Shown here: in pieces, positions 51,576 to 64,000 of the stretch | Numbering within the stretch: the stretch's first letter is position 1 | Layout of the letters: each line of letters starts with the position of its first letter | DNA from: Bispira polyomma | Lineage: Eukaryota | Direction of reading: 5' to 3' | Length of the DNA: 64,000 bases | Assembly: GCA_965649765.1 (NCBI GenBank) | Contig: OZ287755.1 | Span: forward strand, 25,358,001 to 25,422,000 | Notes under the pieces: generated by a model | The model's database searches: none | Seen by the model: the letters and a program-made list of their open reading frames with translations, nothing else | What the model was told of the DNA's origin: nothing | Program-made: the position numbers and the translations under genes

Positions 51576-52107
51576 CTGAAAACAGGGATATGCACATTTT
51601 GGGGAAATCACCACAGCCAAGAGTAAAAATTCATTCTAATGACTTCCTTGATCAATCTAAATTTCAAATTCTATAGTATTAGGATATGGACATGCAGTAT
51701 AAAAATGTCTTTACTTTTAATATCACTGGTCTCTGAGATGATACATATATATTTTAAGCCCCCATGTCACACACGAGTAGTACATGATACACATAGTTTC
51801 CTGGCAATTTTAAGAAAACAAGTATTATTTTCTACAACAAAAGTGAGACTAATGTGTTTCTACATGTGTTATAAGTCCAATACTTCTTGACACCTGTCCA
51901 CTGTGATGGCAACAACATAAAATTAAAAAATATCAAGAAAAGAAATCTGCGGGTAAGGCTTAAATTGCCAGTAGGACCCTTCGATGTGTAGATAGTTTAT
52001 AGTCTAGCCTGTTTTATTCTAAATTGATACTAGATTGGAGACAATGTTCTATTGGTACTGCTTCAGAAGATTATATAATGCATAAGTGCTGACATGTAAT
52101 AACTTAC

Positions 52108-52290
52108 GTATACAACCCTCTACCGCTGGTTCCCAAACCCCAGTGGTCTGGTCACACTCACTTAGTCTGGTACCCGTCTTGTCTCCCGAGCTGAAGACAT
52201 AGCCCTCCTCACAGCTGAAAGACACTCGTGTGTTGTTGTGGCTGTAACTGTATGTGATTCCCAGCCATGTAGGGACAGGGGGACACTGAA
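52108..52290 (-). CDS. Sushi/CCP domain exon
   Basis: VQCPPVP...VSFSCEEGY...ECDQTTGVWEPAVEGC; bounded by CACAG| and |GTAAGT, phase 1-1, 183 nt. Confidence 0.9.
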
Positions 52291-52637
52291 CTGTGTGATA
52301 GAGAGATGGAAGGAAATATACATATCCAGCCAGGGACAGGGGGACACTGAACTGTGTGATAGAGAGATGGAAGGAGATATACATATCCAGCCAGGGACAG
52401 GGGGACACTGAACTGTGTGATATACAAATGAAAGGAGATATATATATCCAGCCAGGGACAGGGGGACACTGAATTGTGTGATATACAAATGAAAGGAGAT
52501 ATATATATCCAGCCAGGGACAGGGGGACACTCAACTGTGTGATATACAAATGGAAGGAGATATATATTTCCAGCCAGGGACAGGGGGACACTGAACTGTG
52601 CGATATATAAATGAAAGGAGATATACATGTCCAGCCA
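52271..52637. repeat. 61-bp minisatellite, 6 copies, containing the Sushi-exon splice acceptor
   Basis: AGGGACAGGGGG starts at 52271, 52332, 52393, 52454, 52515 and 52576. Confidence 0.95.
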
Positions 52638-52699
52638 GAATTGGTTTAGTTATAATAGAATGTCGGTAATACCTGCCTCACATAAACCTTGTGTCATAA

Positions 52700-54355
52700 A
52701 ATACAGAAACATCAGAAAAATCAATATAAACAAATTTTGAGACGACATTCTGGAAACAAATCTCAGCAAACATCCATGCAAAAATGCTGATAGCCTCAGC
52801 TTACAATACAATCACTGCCTTTCTACTATCCTTGATAAACATGCACCATGGGTATCTAAAACCCTTCCCCCAACTAACCCCCATAAATGGATCAATGCCG
52901 CCATTACAGAGGCAAAAAGACGCAAACGCCAAAAGTCATCGAGAAAGCTGTAGCTCAACAAATTTCTGACCACCTTAATAGACAAAACATTGAAAATCGC
53001 CAACAGTCTGCCTATAGAAAATTTCACTCTACAGAAAGTGCCCTTTTTTCCATCAGCAATGATGTCAATCTTTTACTAGACCACAATGACACAGTGGCCC
53101 TCACCCTTCTGGATCTCTCAGCTGCATTCGACACTATTGATCATGTCCTGCTCTGTGACACTCTCAAGCAGTGGTTCAATATAAATGGCAGTGTCCTTAA
53201 ATGAATCAGATCTTACCTTACTCTTAGGGCGCAAAGAATTAAATTAGATGATCACTTATCATCTTCCATAAAGCTACCATATGGAGTACCCCACGGATCC
53301 GTCCTTGGCCCTCTACTTTTCACCCTTTATACACATCCTCTCAGCACTGTCATCAATAAACACAGTATAAAATACCACATGTATGCATCTATCTCTCTCT
53401 CAATCCACAAAATGCAAAATCAAACATAGACCTACTTGCAAACTGTCTGTCTGATGTCCAGGCGTGGATGAACTACTCCAAACTAAAACTTAACCCTGAC
53501 AAAACAGAATTCATCCTCATAGGAAACAAGAAAAACAGTGAACTCCTAAAATCTGTTTCCCATCTCCCTGCTGGGAGAAGACATACTACCTTCCGAAAAG
53601 GATAAAAACCTGGGTGTCACTTTCGATTCAGCTTTTTCGTTCAATACTCATATTGCCAACATCGGTCACTCCTGCTATTACCACATACACGACATCAAAA
53701 GAATCAGAAACCACTTGTCCATGGATACAGTGATAACTGTGGCAAATGCTCTTGTGAGTATCTACTTCGACTACTGCAATTATCTCTTGTACGGAGCAAA
53801 CAAGTCACACATTAAAAAGCTCCAGTCCATCTAAAACTACCTATGTAGGGTCATTTTTTGCCTGGGTTGTCGCACAGACGTCACTCCTTACCTCAAAAAA
53901 TTACACTGGCTGCCCATTAACTCTCGCATTTTGTTCAAGATTCACATCACTACTATTAAGGCTGTAGTCACTCAACAGCCCCCCCTACCTTGCCTCCCTT
54001 CTTTCCTTCAGTAACCGCAAGGGAGCCAATAGACTCTCCATCACTTCGGTCAGACCAATCACAAAAGGCGGGATTCAGAATGTTCTCCACTGCAGCTCCA
54101 CGGTTATGGAACAGTCTCCCAGTCGACCTCAGATCAGTTGACACACTTATCGGTTTTAGGAAAAAGCTTAAAACCTATCTTTTTAATCTTGCCTACCCAC
54201 TTTAGCTTCCCTCGTGCACGCTCCCACTTCCTTCCTTACGACTTTACAATGTCCAAGGACTTAATAATTGGACCAATTATTCTGCTGTTGCGCTTTAGAA
54301 GATGCCTAGCATCAATAAAGCGCGTTAAAAATCTATAATAATAATAATAATAATA
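52700..54355 (+). mobile_element. Intronic L2 LINE 3' part, antisense to the host gene
   Basis: QSAYRKFHSTESAL, LLDLSAAFDTIDH, APRLWNSLP and KLKTYLF; (AAT)n tail. Confidence 0.95.
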
Positions 54356-54758
54356 CCATAATGGTTACTGTCGGACATAACGTCATTGGGACAGTTGCAT
54401 TGCCTACTAATGTGGTGTTGGACAATATCCCTTTTCAGAGAAGCATCTTAGTGGATCGAAGAGATGAGGTAGCAGATCAGTCACTTTGTATTGTAGAGCT
54501 GCTTGTAAAATTCTGGTACAGCGGATGACAATATAAACCTTCAGTGCACAGATAAAACTATGCTTAATAATAGATTGATGACACTTTATCCCATACATGA
54601 ATAGATTAGGGGTGAAACAAAACCGTTTCCCATTATGATTTATGAAGGAAGATCAAATAGATAAAAAATTATACTTTTCTGGGCGGTATTCGCAAGAGAG
54701 TAAGCCTGTAATCGTGTCTAAGATATGATATTAAGATAATAACAGACACAAGGCCTAC

Positions 54759-55274
54759 CTGTCTTCTCTGATGTCACTTCACCTACTGTTGTGTCTAAGG
54801 TTGTACTAATGTACTCAGCATGTGGTGTAGTCACTGATTCTGCGGTAGTGCTAAGTGTCTCAGTAGTTATTGTTTCTTGTGTTGTACTTGTGCCCTCTTG
54901 TGTAGTGCTAATGTCCTCTGGTGTAGTACTTGTATCCTCTTGTGCAGTGCTAATGTCCTCTGGTGTAGTGCTAATGTACTCTGGTGTAGTACTTGTGTCC
55001 TCTTGTGTAGTGCTAATGTACTCTGGTGTAGTACTTGTGTCCTCTAGTGTAGTGCTAATGTACTCTGGTGTAGTACTAATGTACTCAGTTTGTGTTGTAG
55101 TCACTGGTTCCGGGAGTATTGCCTCTGTTGTAGTGCCAATATACTCTGGTGTAGTGATAATGTACTCTGCCTGTGTTGTGGTCACCTGTTCTGTGGTAGT
55201 ATCCAGTGCCTCAGTAGTTATTGCTTCTGATGTAGTAGGTGGTGTAGTGGGACTTTCAGTGGTAACCAATGGTT
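54759..55274 (-). CDS. Thr/Glu-rich mucin-like stalk exon with 21-nt (7-aa) repeats
   Basis: TTPEYIS/TTQEDTS repeats; acceptor TTACAAG at 55275 and donor G|GTAGG at 54758; 516 nt, phase 1-1. Confidence 0.85.
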
Positions 55275-55406
55275 CTTGTAAAACAACAAAAACACTTTCT
55301 TTTGCATTTTTTACATATTCACCCTTTAAGTTTTAGTTAATATACTAACACAGATTTTCACAGACATCCATCAGCACCCAAGACACATGTTGTACAGTGT
55401 AAGGAG

Positions 55407-56238
55407 CAGGGTTGGATTTTGATGTCTAAAACTAGGTTTAAAGCCTCAAAAACTGTCAAAAATTTTGAGATGGTAAAAAAAGATTTGTGTGTACACAGAT
55501 ATAAAGAGTGACACTTTCATTTATAAAAAAAGTATGAAGGTATTTTAAGATTAAAACTTATTGGCAAAAATATCAGTACAACTATTTTAAATGCTCATGA
55601 GAGTAAAAAAATGCAAAATATCTTTTGATATAAGTGGAGCAAATCAGTCTAAATACTCAATGAATATAATATTAAATATGTATTTAAAAGTTTAGTTCAC
55701 TTGCACCTGTGAGCATTCGGTAACACAATAGTAATTTTGAAAAAAAAACTTTATTCTTAGGAGATTTTCTAAAAGTTATAGTTATAGTTTGCACATTTAA
55801 ATGACCTAAGTAATCATATTCAGTTACTCAAGGTCTCAATCTCATTGTGTCTACAGGCAAAGGGATTAGGAAACATTGTGCAGGCTGATCGCTTAAACAT
55901 AAGTAGCCCAAGTTAATATGTCTCACAATTGTTGTATTTTGACTTTTTGGTGATACAAAAGATAATTCAATTCTGAGAAATAAAAAGAAATAACCGGACA
56001 TTACTTGTAACAGAACCACTTGACAGGGTTTTCAATATATTTCTACCTAAATGTGGCTGTTTTTGGAGAGTTTTTGACACTATATACAGCAGTGAACTGG
56101 GATTTTTTCCAAATAGTTCTTGCCTTTTAAGCCCAGGGTTTTAAGCTGCACTTTTGGGGGTAGGGATTTTTGACGTTTTTTAACCGGATAAATCCATGGG
56201 TTTAATTAACCATGGTTGTTAAAAACCTGCCAACCCTG
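55407..56238. mobile_element. Non-autonomous hAT element (832 bp) in an intron
   Basis: TIR CAGGGTTGG...CCAACCCTG; perfect 8-bp TSD GTAAGGAG at 55399-55406 and 56239-56246. Confidence 0.9.
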
Positions 56239-57234
56239 GTAAGGAGTTTATACAACAGAAATACTCTTTACGGATACCAACTTTTGTTTATAAAGACTTC
56301 TCTGCGGTTTGTCATTAGTCATTACAGTGCTGAATCACCTCATATCATAGTTTTAGTATTCTCCACTATGGCACATCTGTGGTTTTAAGTGAGCTGGTGG
56401 TTGTAAGTGTCTGCTTTAATATCAATAACTTCTTACCTCTGCAGTTGTGGGTTCATTTCCTGACCATGACTTGTATGTAAGAAAAGTTAGCAGTAGAGTT
56501 TTGGAACTAATGTGTTTAAGTCAACCGTTTTATGTTTACTCGTACATAAAATAATATATATTTGTTCAGGTAACAAGTAAGACTCAGAAAGCTCAGAAAG
56601 ACATCCTTTTTTTGTTAAATAAGTCAACACTCAAGGCCTTGATTTCGGTTTTCGGTAGTGTTTCTTTCACTTTCACACTATTATGAGCAAAACAAAAAAG
56701 ACAATTTTCTCACATTCTGAGTATATTGTCACCAATTATTCTTCCAGATAATGTAAACAAACAAAAGTAATAATTATGAAAAGATGGCATAATAATTTGT
56801 CTTACTAACGATCTACAAAAAAAATCATGTTATAGTCCGATATAGGACAAAACCACCAACAAATAGTAATGATTTCCTTATTGACAAATACAAGGTTAAT
56901 AGAAGAAAGCATTGTACCTTCAGTGTGCAGATATTTTGAATACTGACATCACAAAGGAAAGACCATAATCAGATGATTGCTGCTCACACTGAGTGGTACA
57001 ATATACTGTAACAAGCTTCTATTGTCTGATAGACAGAGACAAAATGTTTGATTCTGGATCAAAAATAACAGGAAGTGTGTCCTCTTACTGTACTTATATC
57101 GACAGAAGATAATTGTGGTTATAAAAAAACTTTACAGAAACAAAAGGGGGCAATCAAGCTATCTTTTGCTTGGGTAGATGCCTCTTCTTGTGTCTGGGTC
57201 AAAATGATATGTTTATCAGCGTCACCGTCATCAG

Positions 57235-57475
57235 GCGTACACACATAAATATACACACACACTTACCCATACTACTAATAGACTTTATACCAGAGACAGT
57301 TTACTGCTATCATCCCACACAGTACCAGCGCCACACGGCTTGTTAGACAATCAGACGTACACACATAAATACACACACACTTACCCATACTACATGGAGA
57401 CTTTGTACCAGACACAGTTTACTGCTATCATCCAATACAGTACCAGCGCCACACGGCATGTTAGACATACACACA
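57235..57475 (-). repeat. Two tandem copies of the 3' half of the CBM14 exon with its donor site
   Basis: GCTGGTACTGT...GATAGCAGTAAACTGT...ATGGGTAAGTGTGTGTG occurs twice downstream of the exon. Confidence 0.9.
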
Positions 57476-57488
57476 CACAGACGCTTAC

Positions 57489-57665
57489 CCATACATGTAG
57501 TACTCTCCAATAGACACAGTTTACTTGAGTCATCCCACACAGTGCCAGCAGCACACAGCATGTTATACAGTATCTCTCCAGCAGCACAGCTGATAAAACC
57601 TGTACACGTCACACACGACTGGTAATTCCCCTCGGGAATCCCCAAACATGACGTCACACACACTC
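57489..57665 (-). CDS. Chitin-binding type 2 (CBM14/peritrophin-A) domain exon
   Basis: CLGIPEGNYQSCVTCTGFISC...CAAGTVWDDSSKLC...TC; bounded by TTGCAG| and |GTAAGC, phase 1-1, 177 nt. Upstream exons were not identified. Confidence 0.88.
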
Positions 57666-58524
57666 CTGCAACACAAACTTAGTTATTGTAACTATTGCTT
57701 GATTAAATTGACAATACTTACTTATATCATTCATATACCACACAGAAAATCCAGTTTAATCTAATACTTAGGTCTCATTTACACGTATGACTGTTACAAA
57801 CCCACCACAAACGTAATCGTATTGGTCAATAACTGTACATATCAACTTTGTTTCAGATTCGCCTACATTAGGAGCACTTCAAAACTCTTGGTTATATCTG
57901 TGAGCATTATTCATGTCGTCACAAAATTTTGAAATTTTTGTGAGGGGTTTTTTTTTTGAAGGGAGGGGTAGAGAGGGTTTACGCCTTGATTCGCATTTGT
58001 CATCATCAGCAGGTTGTGCTTGTTTTGGCTCATCAATTGTAGTAGCAGATAGTGAACATTCGTTGGTATCAGTGACTTGTTTGTGGATATTCACTATTAG
58101 TACAATAATATGAGTTTGTAGGGTGTTTTAAGTTTTTAGCAGTACAACATAAAAAGAATATCTAGTCTTCTTTGGCTACAAATAATAGCATAGTCAAAAG
58201 TGACACCAAGGTTATCAGTATTATCAGAAGGTAGCATAATGACAATCTTAAGGGCTCTCTTTCTCGGTACCAAGGTCACAAGATGGTCAGACACCTCATA
58301 GAGACCCAGGCTTCATTTTATCTACATTTTATGATTAGAATATTGTTGTGATTTAGGTCCTCCTGGAGAGACGATTTAGTGTCTAAAACAAATAGACTAG
58401 ACCAGATGTCACTTTTTTTCTATGTTATTTGACAATTTTACCAAAAAGTACATCTATAAATTTTATTCTTAGATGTCACCTTGCTGTATTGCCAGTGAAA
58501 GAACTGTGAAATGATGACAAATGG

Positions 58525-59432
58525 TTGAGTATCTATGGGCCACACTAACCAGTCTATTGTGTATAGAGGTATGCCATGTATTTGAGTATCTATGTGTCAC
58601 ACTAACCAGTTTATTGTGTATAGAGGTATGCCATGTATTTGAGTATCTATGTGTCACACTAACCAGTTTATTGTGTATAGAGGTATACCATGTATTTAAG
58701 TATCTATGGGTCACACTAACCAGTTTATTGTGTATAGAGGTATGCCATGTATTTGAGTATCTATGGGTCACACTAACCAGTCTATTGTGTATACAGGTAT
58801 GCCATGTATTTAAGTATTGATGGGATACACTAACCAGTTTATTGTGTATAGAGGTAAGCCATGTATTTGAGTATCTATGGGTCACACTAACCAGTTTATT
58901 GTCTATAGAGGTTGCCATGTATTTCAGTATTGATGGGATACACTAACCAGTTTATTGTGTATAAAGGTATGTTATGTATTTAAGTATCTATGTGTCACAC
59001 TAACCAGTTTATTGTGTATAGAGGTATGCCATGTATTTGAGTATCTATGTGTCATACTAACCAGTTTATTGTGTATAGAGGTATGCCATGTATTTGAGTA
59101 TCTATGTGTTACACTAACCAGTCTATTGTGTATAGAGGTAAGCCATGTATTTGAGTATCTATGTGTCACACTAACCAGTCTATTGTGTATAGAGGTATGC
59201 CATGTATTTGAGTATCTATGGGTCACACTAACCAGTCTATTGTGTATAGAGGTATGCCATGTATTTGAGTATCTATGTGTCACACTAACCAGTTTATTGT
59301 CTATAGAGGTATGCCATGTATTTGAGTATCTATGGGTCACACTAACCAGTCTATTATGTATTGAGGTATGTCATGTAGTTGAATATCTATAGGTCACACT
59401 AACCAGTCTAATGTGTATAGAGGTATGCCATG
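58525..59432. repeat. 57-bp minisatellite, about 16 copies
   Basis: Unit TTTGAGTATCTATGTGTCACACTAACCAGTTTATTGTGTATAGAGGTATGCCATGTA. Confidence 0.97.
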
Positions 59433-60169
59433 TTGATGCAGGCAGTCTTATCAATTCATGTATCATTATTTAAAAACATGAATGTTACTTTACAGTCAAG
59501 TCACATGTTACTGTTTTGACATGACTTCAAACACATTCCAGGAAATGGTAATTACACCTCGATCAAGTTCTAAATGTTCTTATTAGTCTGATATTGATTT
59601 TAAAATGAAAAGGCTTGATTATTTCAATCTTTTTTGAAATAGAATTTAGACCAAACTGAGGGGTACCAATCACACTGTACGTCAATTTCTTTCTTTTTCA
59701 ATCTCTTGTTTCTACGCTTTAAGACTAGGAGTATAACTTATGTATTTTTCATAATGTTTAGTCCATATGTCTTACATATTAGTTTTACCAGTATAATAAG
59801 TGTGGTTGACTATTGCCTGGCACTGTTAGAATAAATAAACTACAAAATATAATCAAAATATGTGAAAAATAAATCAACATTTTTATAGGACATGATTTCT
59901 TGCACAATATTAGTCTCAAATAGGTTTGGCTGCTTAGGTTATATATTTAAGGAATGATTTCTATATATATATACATTTTTTTTAACTTTATATATTTTGT
60001 AATATTAAGGAAATTCGTTTTTTTTTTTGTAGAGTTGAGGCTTATAAAGAAGTAGGCCACTTTAACACAGTAAACCGGCCGGCCTATGACTTACAATTAC
60101 ACCAGATGAGAAGATAAATGAACAATTAGGGCATTTTAACACAGTGCAAATATGGAACCAGTGTGCGTT

Positions 60170-60210
60170 TGTGTGTGTGTGTGTGAGTGTGTGTGTGTGT
60201 GTGTGTGTGT
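60170..60210. repeat. (GT)n microsatellite
   Basis: About 20 GT units with one interruption. Confidence 0.95.
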
Positions 60211-60628
60211 CAACCTCTTAACAAGTCAGCTTTAAATAGCACAGTGTACATAGACTTAATCTATGATATATTCTGGGAGTACACTGTTTATTAGGACAAT
60301 CCTCTTGACAATGAGTTGTGAATAGGGAATGTCCACCAATTACATGCTAGAAGTAGTTAAAGCCCCTGGCTGTGATTGAGTGTAATGTTATAATGTGACT
60401 GTATGTGTGTAGTGTAATTAAACTGTAGTTGCTAGAATAACACTGCTATTGACTCTATCTTGTAATGGTTTATCTAACTAAGTTAACTCCCCTACACAAC
60501 CACCGAATTGCATTGTCTGTACTTGTTTTGGCTAGATTTGCTCTCTTAAATGGTTTCGTTCCCCACAACCAATAGATATAGTGGAATGGACAATGTTTTG
60601 TGATTACTTTTGTTGTCTTGTTTAGTTT

Positions 60629-61082
60629 TATAAGCAACAGAAATAACGTATGCCGTTAACTTATGAAGAGGTTTGCTGCTACTGGATTCGATCCAAGGTA
60701 GTCATAAATCTTGAGATTAATAGTCCAGTACACTGACAGTTGAGCTAAAGGGGAAACCCCGGAAGTCTGAGTGTTTAATGCACTGGTATACACATATATT
60801 ACATGCCTCTCTCTCACGAAGACCTCACCTCAGGTCTTACACTACTACCGTATTAACTCTGCTAACTCACTCGGCTCATGAGAGTGGGGATCTTTCCACG
60901 CATTTCCACCATGTAAACAACAGAAATAACTTGTCTCTGCTGTAAACTTAGAAAGAGGATTGCTGCTGCTGGGATTCGCTCCTGTGTTATCACAAATCTT
61001 AAAATCAATAGTCCAGTACACTAACAGTTTTTTGGAGCTAAAGGGAAAGCCCGAGTGTTTAATGATATACACAGATATTACA
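60629..61082 (-). mobile_element. TRIM with tRNA-like LTRs (Helenus-like)
   Basis: LTRs 61082-60912 and 60803-60629 both start TGTAATAT; PBS TGGTGGAAATGCG at 60911; PPT GAGAGAGAGG; A/B-box-like motifs inside each LTR. Confidence 0.75.
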
Positions 61083-61229
61083 TTTTGAGTTTAACATATC
61101 TTGCAATACATTTTCTGTAATATCATAATGGGTAGTTCACTAGTCTACAATATAATCTTACTTGTTCCTCAATCCCTTGACGGTCCTGATCTATAGGTTT
61201 CCAAAAAACCCTTCCACTTTCTGACCACC

Positions 61230-62110
61230 ATGAATGCTCTGACTCAGACATCAAGTAAGCCAAACAGCATAACAGTAAACTAGAGTGTCTATGGCTAAAT
61301 CATCATATGATGGGAAGGCTTTAGAATCACGACAAACCATGTCAATATACTAAAGACTAAAGCCAAGGAAGAGCACCATGACTCCATTATCCAAGACATC
61401 TCACGGAGTCCTAAAAGGTTATGGAACTCAATTAATAAAATACTCCGCTGTACATCTGTTTAGCTTCTCATCTTCTTTCAACTTATCATATGGAATACCC
61501 CAGCGATCTACTTGCTGACTGTCTGTCACCTGTCCAGACGTGGATGAATCACTCCAAATTGGACTAAATGACACTGCCCTTAATTACATTAGATCATATC
61601 TATCTTTCAGAACTCTCCAAAATCAAACTACATCATCATTTTCCATCCTCATTCAACCTACATTTCGGAATACCCCAGGGGTCGGTCCATGAGCCTTTTT
61701 ACCCTCTACACCCATCCCCCAATACAGTCATCAATAATCAAAATGTTAAACACTGCATGTATGCTGACGACACTCAAATTTATCTTTCACTCAACCCTCA
61801 AGATGCCCACAAAAATCCTTGTCTACTTGTTAAATGTGTCTTTTGTTATCAAAAGAATTAGAACTCCCTTGTCTTACATAAATAAGTTACAGTCCATTCA
61901 AAGCGATCTGTGTTGATTCATTTTTCGTCTGGGAATCCGTACCAATGCATCTCCATACAGTGAGTTCAGGAAAAAGCTTAAACCCTATCTCTTCCTTGTA
62001 GCTTTGGCTATATTTGTGGACTACACAATTGGTTAACTGATTTTGTTGTTGCGCTATAGAAAATGCCTTGTATAAAAAAGGCATGTTAAATTGCATAATA
62101 CAATATAATA
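61230..62110 (+). mobile_element. Rearranged L2 LINE fragments
   Basis: PKRLWNSINK, GIPQGSV and MYADDTQIYLS remnants and an L2-type 3' end. Confidence 0.8.
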
Positions 62111-63506
62111 GGTAAGCAAATCAGAACGAGGTTGTTTGCTTTGCAAACAACCAACATTCAGCAAGTTCAATGCCAATCTTTCGAACACCAGAGAAGAATA
62201 TTGGAATTTTCATTTCAATATATGTAAAGTGGTAAAGTATGTTAAACCACCTGCTTATTGAGCGTACCTGACAAACTTCCTACATGCAAGAACACATGAG
62301 ATCCGAACACACATCAGTGAGCACTGCTGTTCCTGAATATTGAGATTTAAAGATCTAAAAAAAATTCATCTCTTAAGGCCAGGTTTCATTCGGACGTGCA
62401 TTGGTGACCTTTCACAGTGGGTGGTTATGCCACGTATCTATTCTTACACCAGGAACACTCCCCATCGCCCAATTGACTCACCTTTAAGAAATCTGCTCCC
62501 GAGAAGAAACTCAGGTGAGTTTGAATCAAAACTTTGACGGCCATGCCGCAAAAATGAGACATGTACCTTCACTGACACCCACTAACGTGAAATGAGCCAG
62601 AACGAGCCAACACAACCTGCTACTGAGGAGAAACATTCCAAAGCATTTGTCCCCGAAACTTTTGAACATTTAAAACCTTTGTGATGGAGCTACTAATGCT
62701 CATGGATATTAACGAAGGGTTCTGAAGCCATGCTAATGTAGACCAACCCGAAGTGCTACAAAGATGTCCACGGTGCATTTGTGATGGCCTCACTTGAAAA
62801 TGAGACGTAGATATTAGAGCCTGTAATCACTTATTTATGTAGGGTGTGTATTTAACTGTTGTATTGTTTTTTTAAATAAAAAAAAAATAAAAAAGAAAGA
62901 TCTGAAGAAGTAAGTAGATTACCGAACATATGTATACATATATATGAATGTTATGACTCATATATACAGGTACATGAGTCATTATACAAACAGACAATAA
63001 TCTACAGTTAATGTTATGTTGAACATCAACATAACATTGGCAAATCTCCAGTGCGTGTGAGAATAAATATCATCTGGGAGTATCCCTAAAATAATCGTGC
63101 ACATGCTCCAATTAGCAGGCAAATCATGGGAACCACATGTCAACTGTGTGTGTGTGTAAGATTACTGGGCATTCTAGTGCAAGTAGATTAGACCGAGACT
63201 GTAACGAGTACTTGTTAGTTCTGTAAATTACTTATAAAATATGAAGTCGGTAGAATTGAACATCGCGGTTTTTGTATTTATGGTCTTGATTATGTGGTAT
63301 GATATGTAAAATACTGTGTATTTCATAAAATCAGTATGTTAAGTTTTAAAACCACAAATGAGTAACAACACCACTGACACAAATTGATGATTTTACTACC
63401 TTTTGTTACACCAGTTATCTGATTGAATTATGTATCTTGTTTATACAATACATATTTATATATTATATATAATTACATACCTCTGAAACGTATATGTGAT
63501 TCATAC

Positions 63507-63860
63507 TTCTGGGGCTAGTTTTCTCTGTTTAATACTCAGTACCTTAGAGGATAATTTGCCATAATAGTTTTATTTTTTCTTATATTTCTTCCAGGTATTG
63601 TACAAAATATAAAAAAAAGCAATAAGGAAGCCCTTAACAGATTCAGATTATACATGGACGAACACTAAGCTTTTTTTGTTTAATTGTACTCTCATTAGTC
63701 AAATATTTTACAATGTAAAGTGCATTGATTACTTCATGGTGGGCCCTGGTGTGTATGTAGGTATAAGTATTCCTTTAATAATTTATTTGGGGAAAAAGAA
63801 AGTTTCACTCTCAATAACAATTAATACACCTTATGTTTCTTTTTTTCTCAGCGACACTAT
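63507..63860. repeat. Unclassified dispersed repeat (copy 2)
   Basis: Colinear with 48306-48660. Confidence 0.7.
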
Positions 63861-64000
63861 CTTAGTTTACTCAATATTTACGTTTAAACCACAATAACAA
63901 CCAAATATTTTGAGTATGTTGAATGATACCATGGGGCAGTCCTTACTTCTTTCAAGACTGTTGTATCATCAGCGAACTGTGTAAGTTTATTACTATTTTC

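Noticed and set aside
54791-55336. Val-rich plus-strand ORF (also 51245-51676, 23626-24036, 43979-44386)
   Set aside because: Antisense shadows of real coding sequence.
56918-57053. Extra exon between the CBM14 and mucin exons
   Set aside because: AG/GT-bounded, but it has a stop in the required phase.
57864-58094. Upstream exon of the CBM14 gene
   Set aside because: Has an AG acceptor but reaches a TGA before any donor, and no domain is recognisable.
58525-59432. Regular repeat array and repetitive ORFs as a CRISPR array or repeat protein
   Set aside because: Head-to-tail 57-bp units with no unique spacers, no cas genes and a eukaryotic context; the ORFs are by-products on both strands.
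62350-62850. Penelope GIY-YIG remnant
   Set aside because: Only a vague resemblance; too degenerate to support.

Overview
This is AT-rich eukaryotic DNA with spliceosomal introns and a very high transposon load. The repeat and gene content suggests a marine lophotrochozoan, plausibly a mollusc (inference). Host genes: (i) the 3' part of a minus-strand gene with four phase-1 exons encoding chitin-binding CBM14, Thr-rich mucin, Sushi/CCP, transmembrane and cytoplasmic segments (57665-51226); (ii) a two-exon GT31 beta-1,3-glycosyltransferase with one in-frame TGA (8688-7048); (iii) a CHST15-like sulfotransferase pseudogene; (iv) a rhodopsin-type GPCR pseudogene. Mobile DNA: many L2 fragments and one near-complete ORF1-less L2 with a 2A-like motif, a Tigger/pogo element, a hAT MITE, Gypsy, DIRS and L1/Tx1 remnants, tRNA-derived SINEs, a TRIM with tRNA-like LTRs, a 4.3-kb TG...CA foldback-like element, and several minisatellites. 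The most striking item is an apparently full-length, decayed CR1 retrotransposon (39537-48289, candidate 14-bp TSD). Its ORF1 (coiled coil, RRM, CTD) ends in an IMPACT/YigZ (UPF0029)-like domain, and its ORF2 starts with a 2A-like ribosome-skipping motif. All domain calls come from manual motif recognition; no searches were run.
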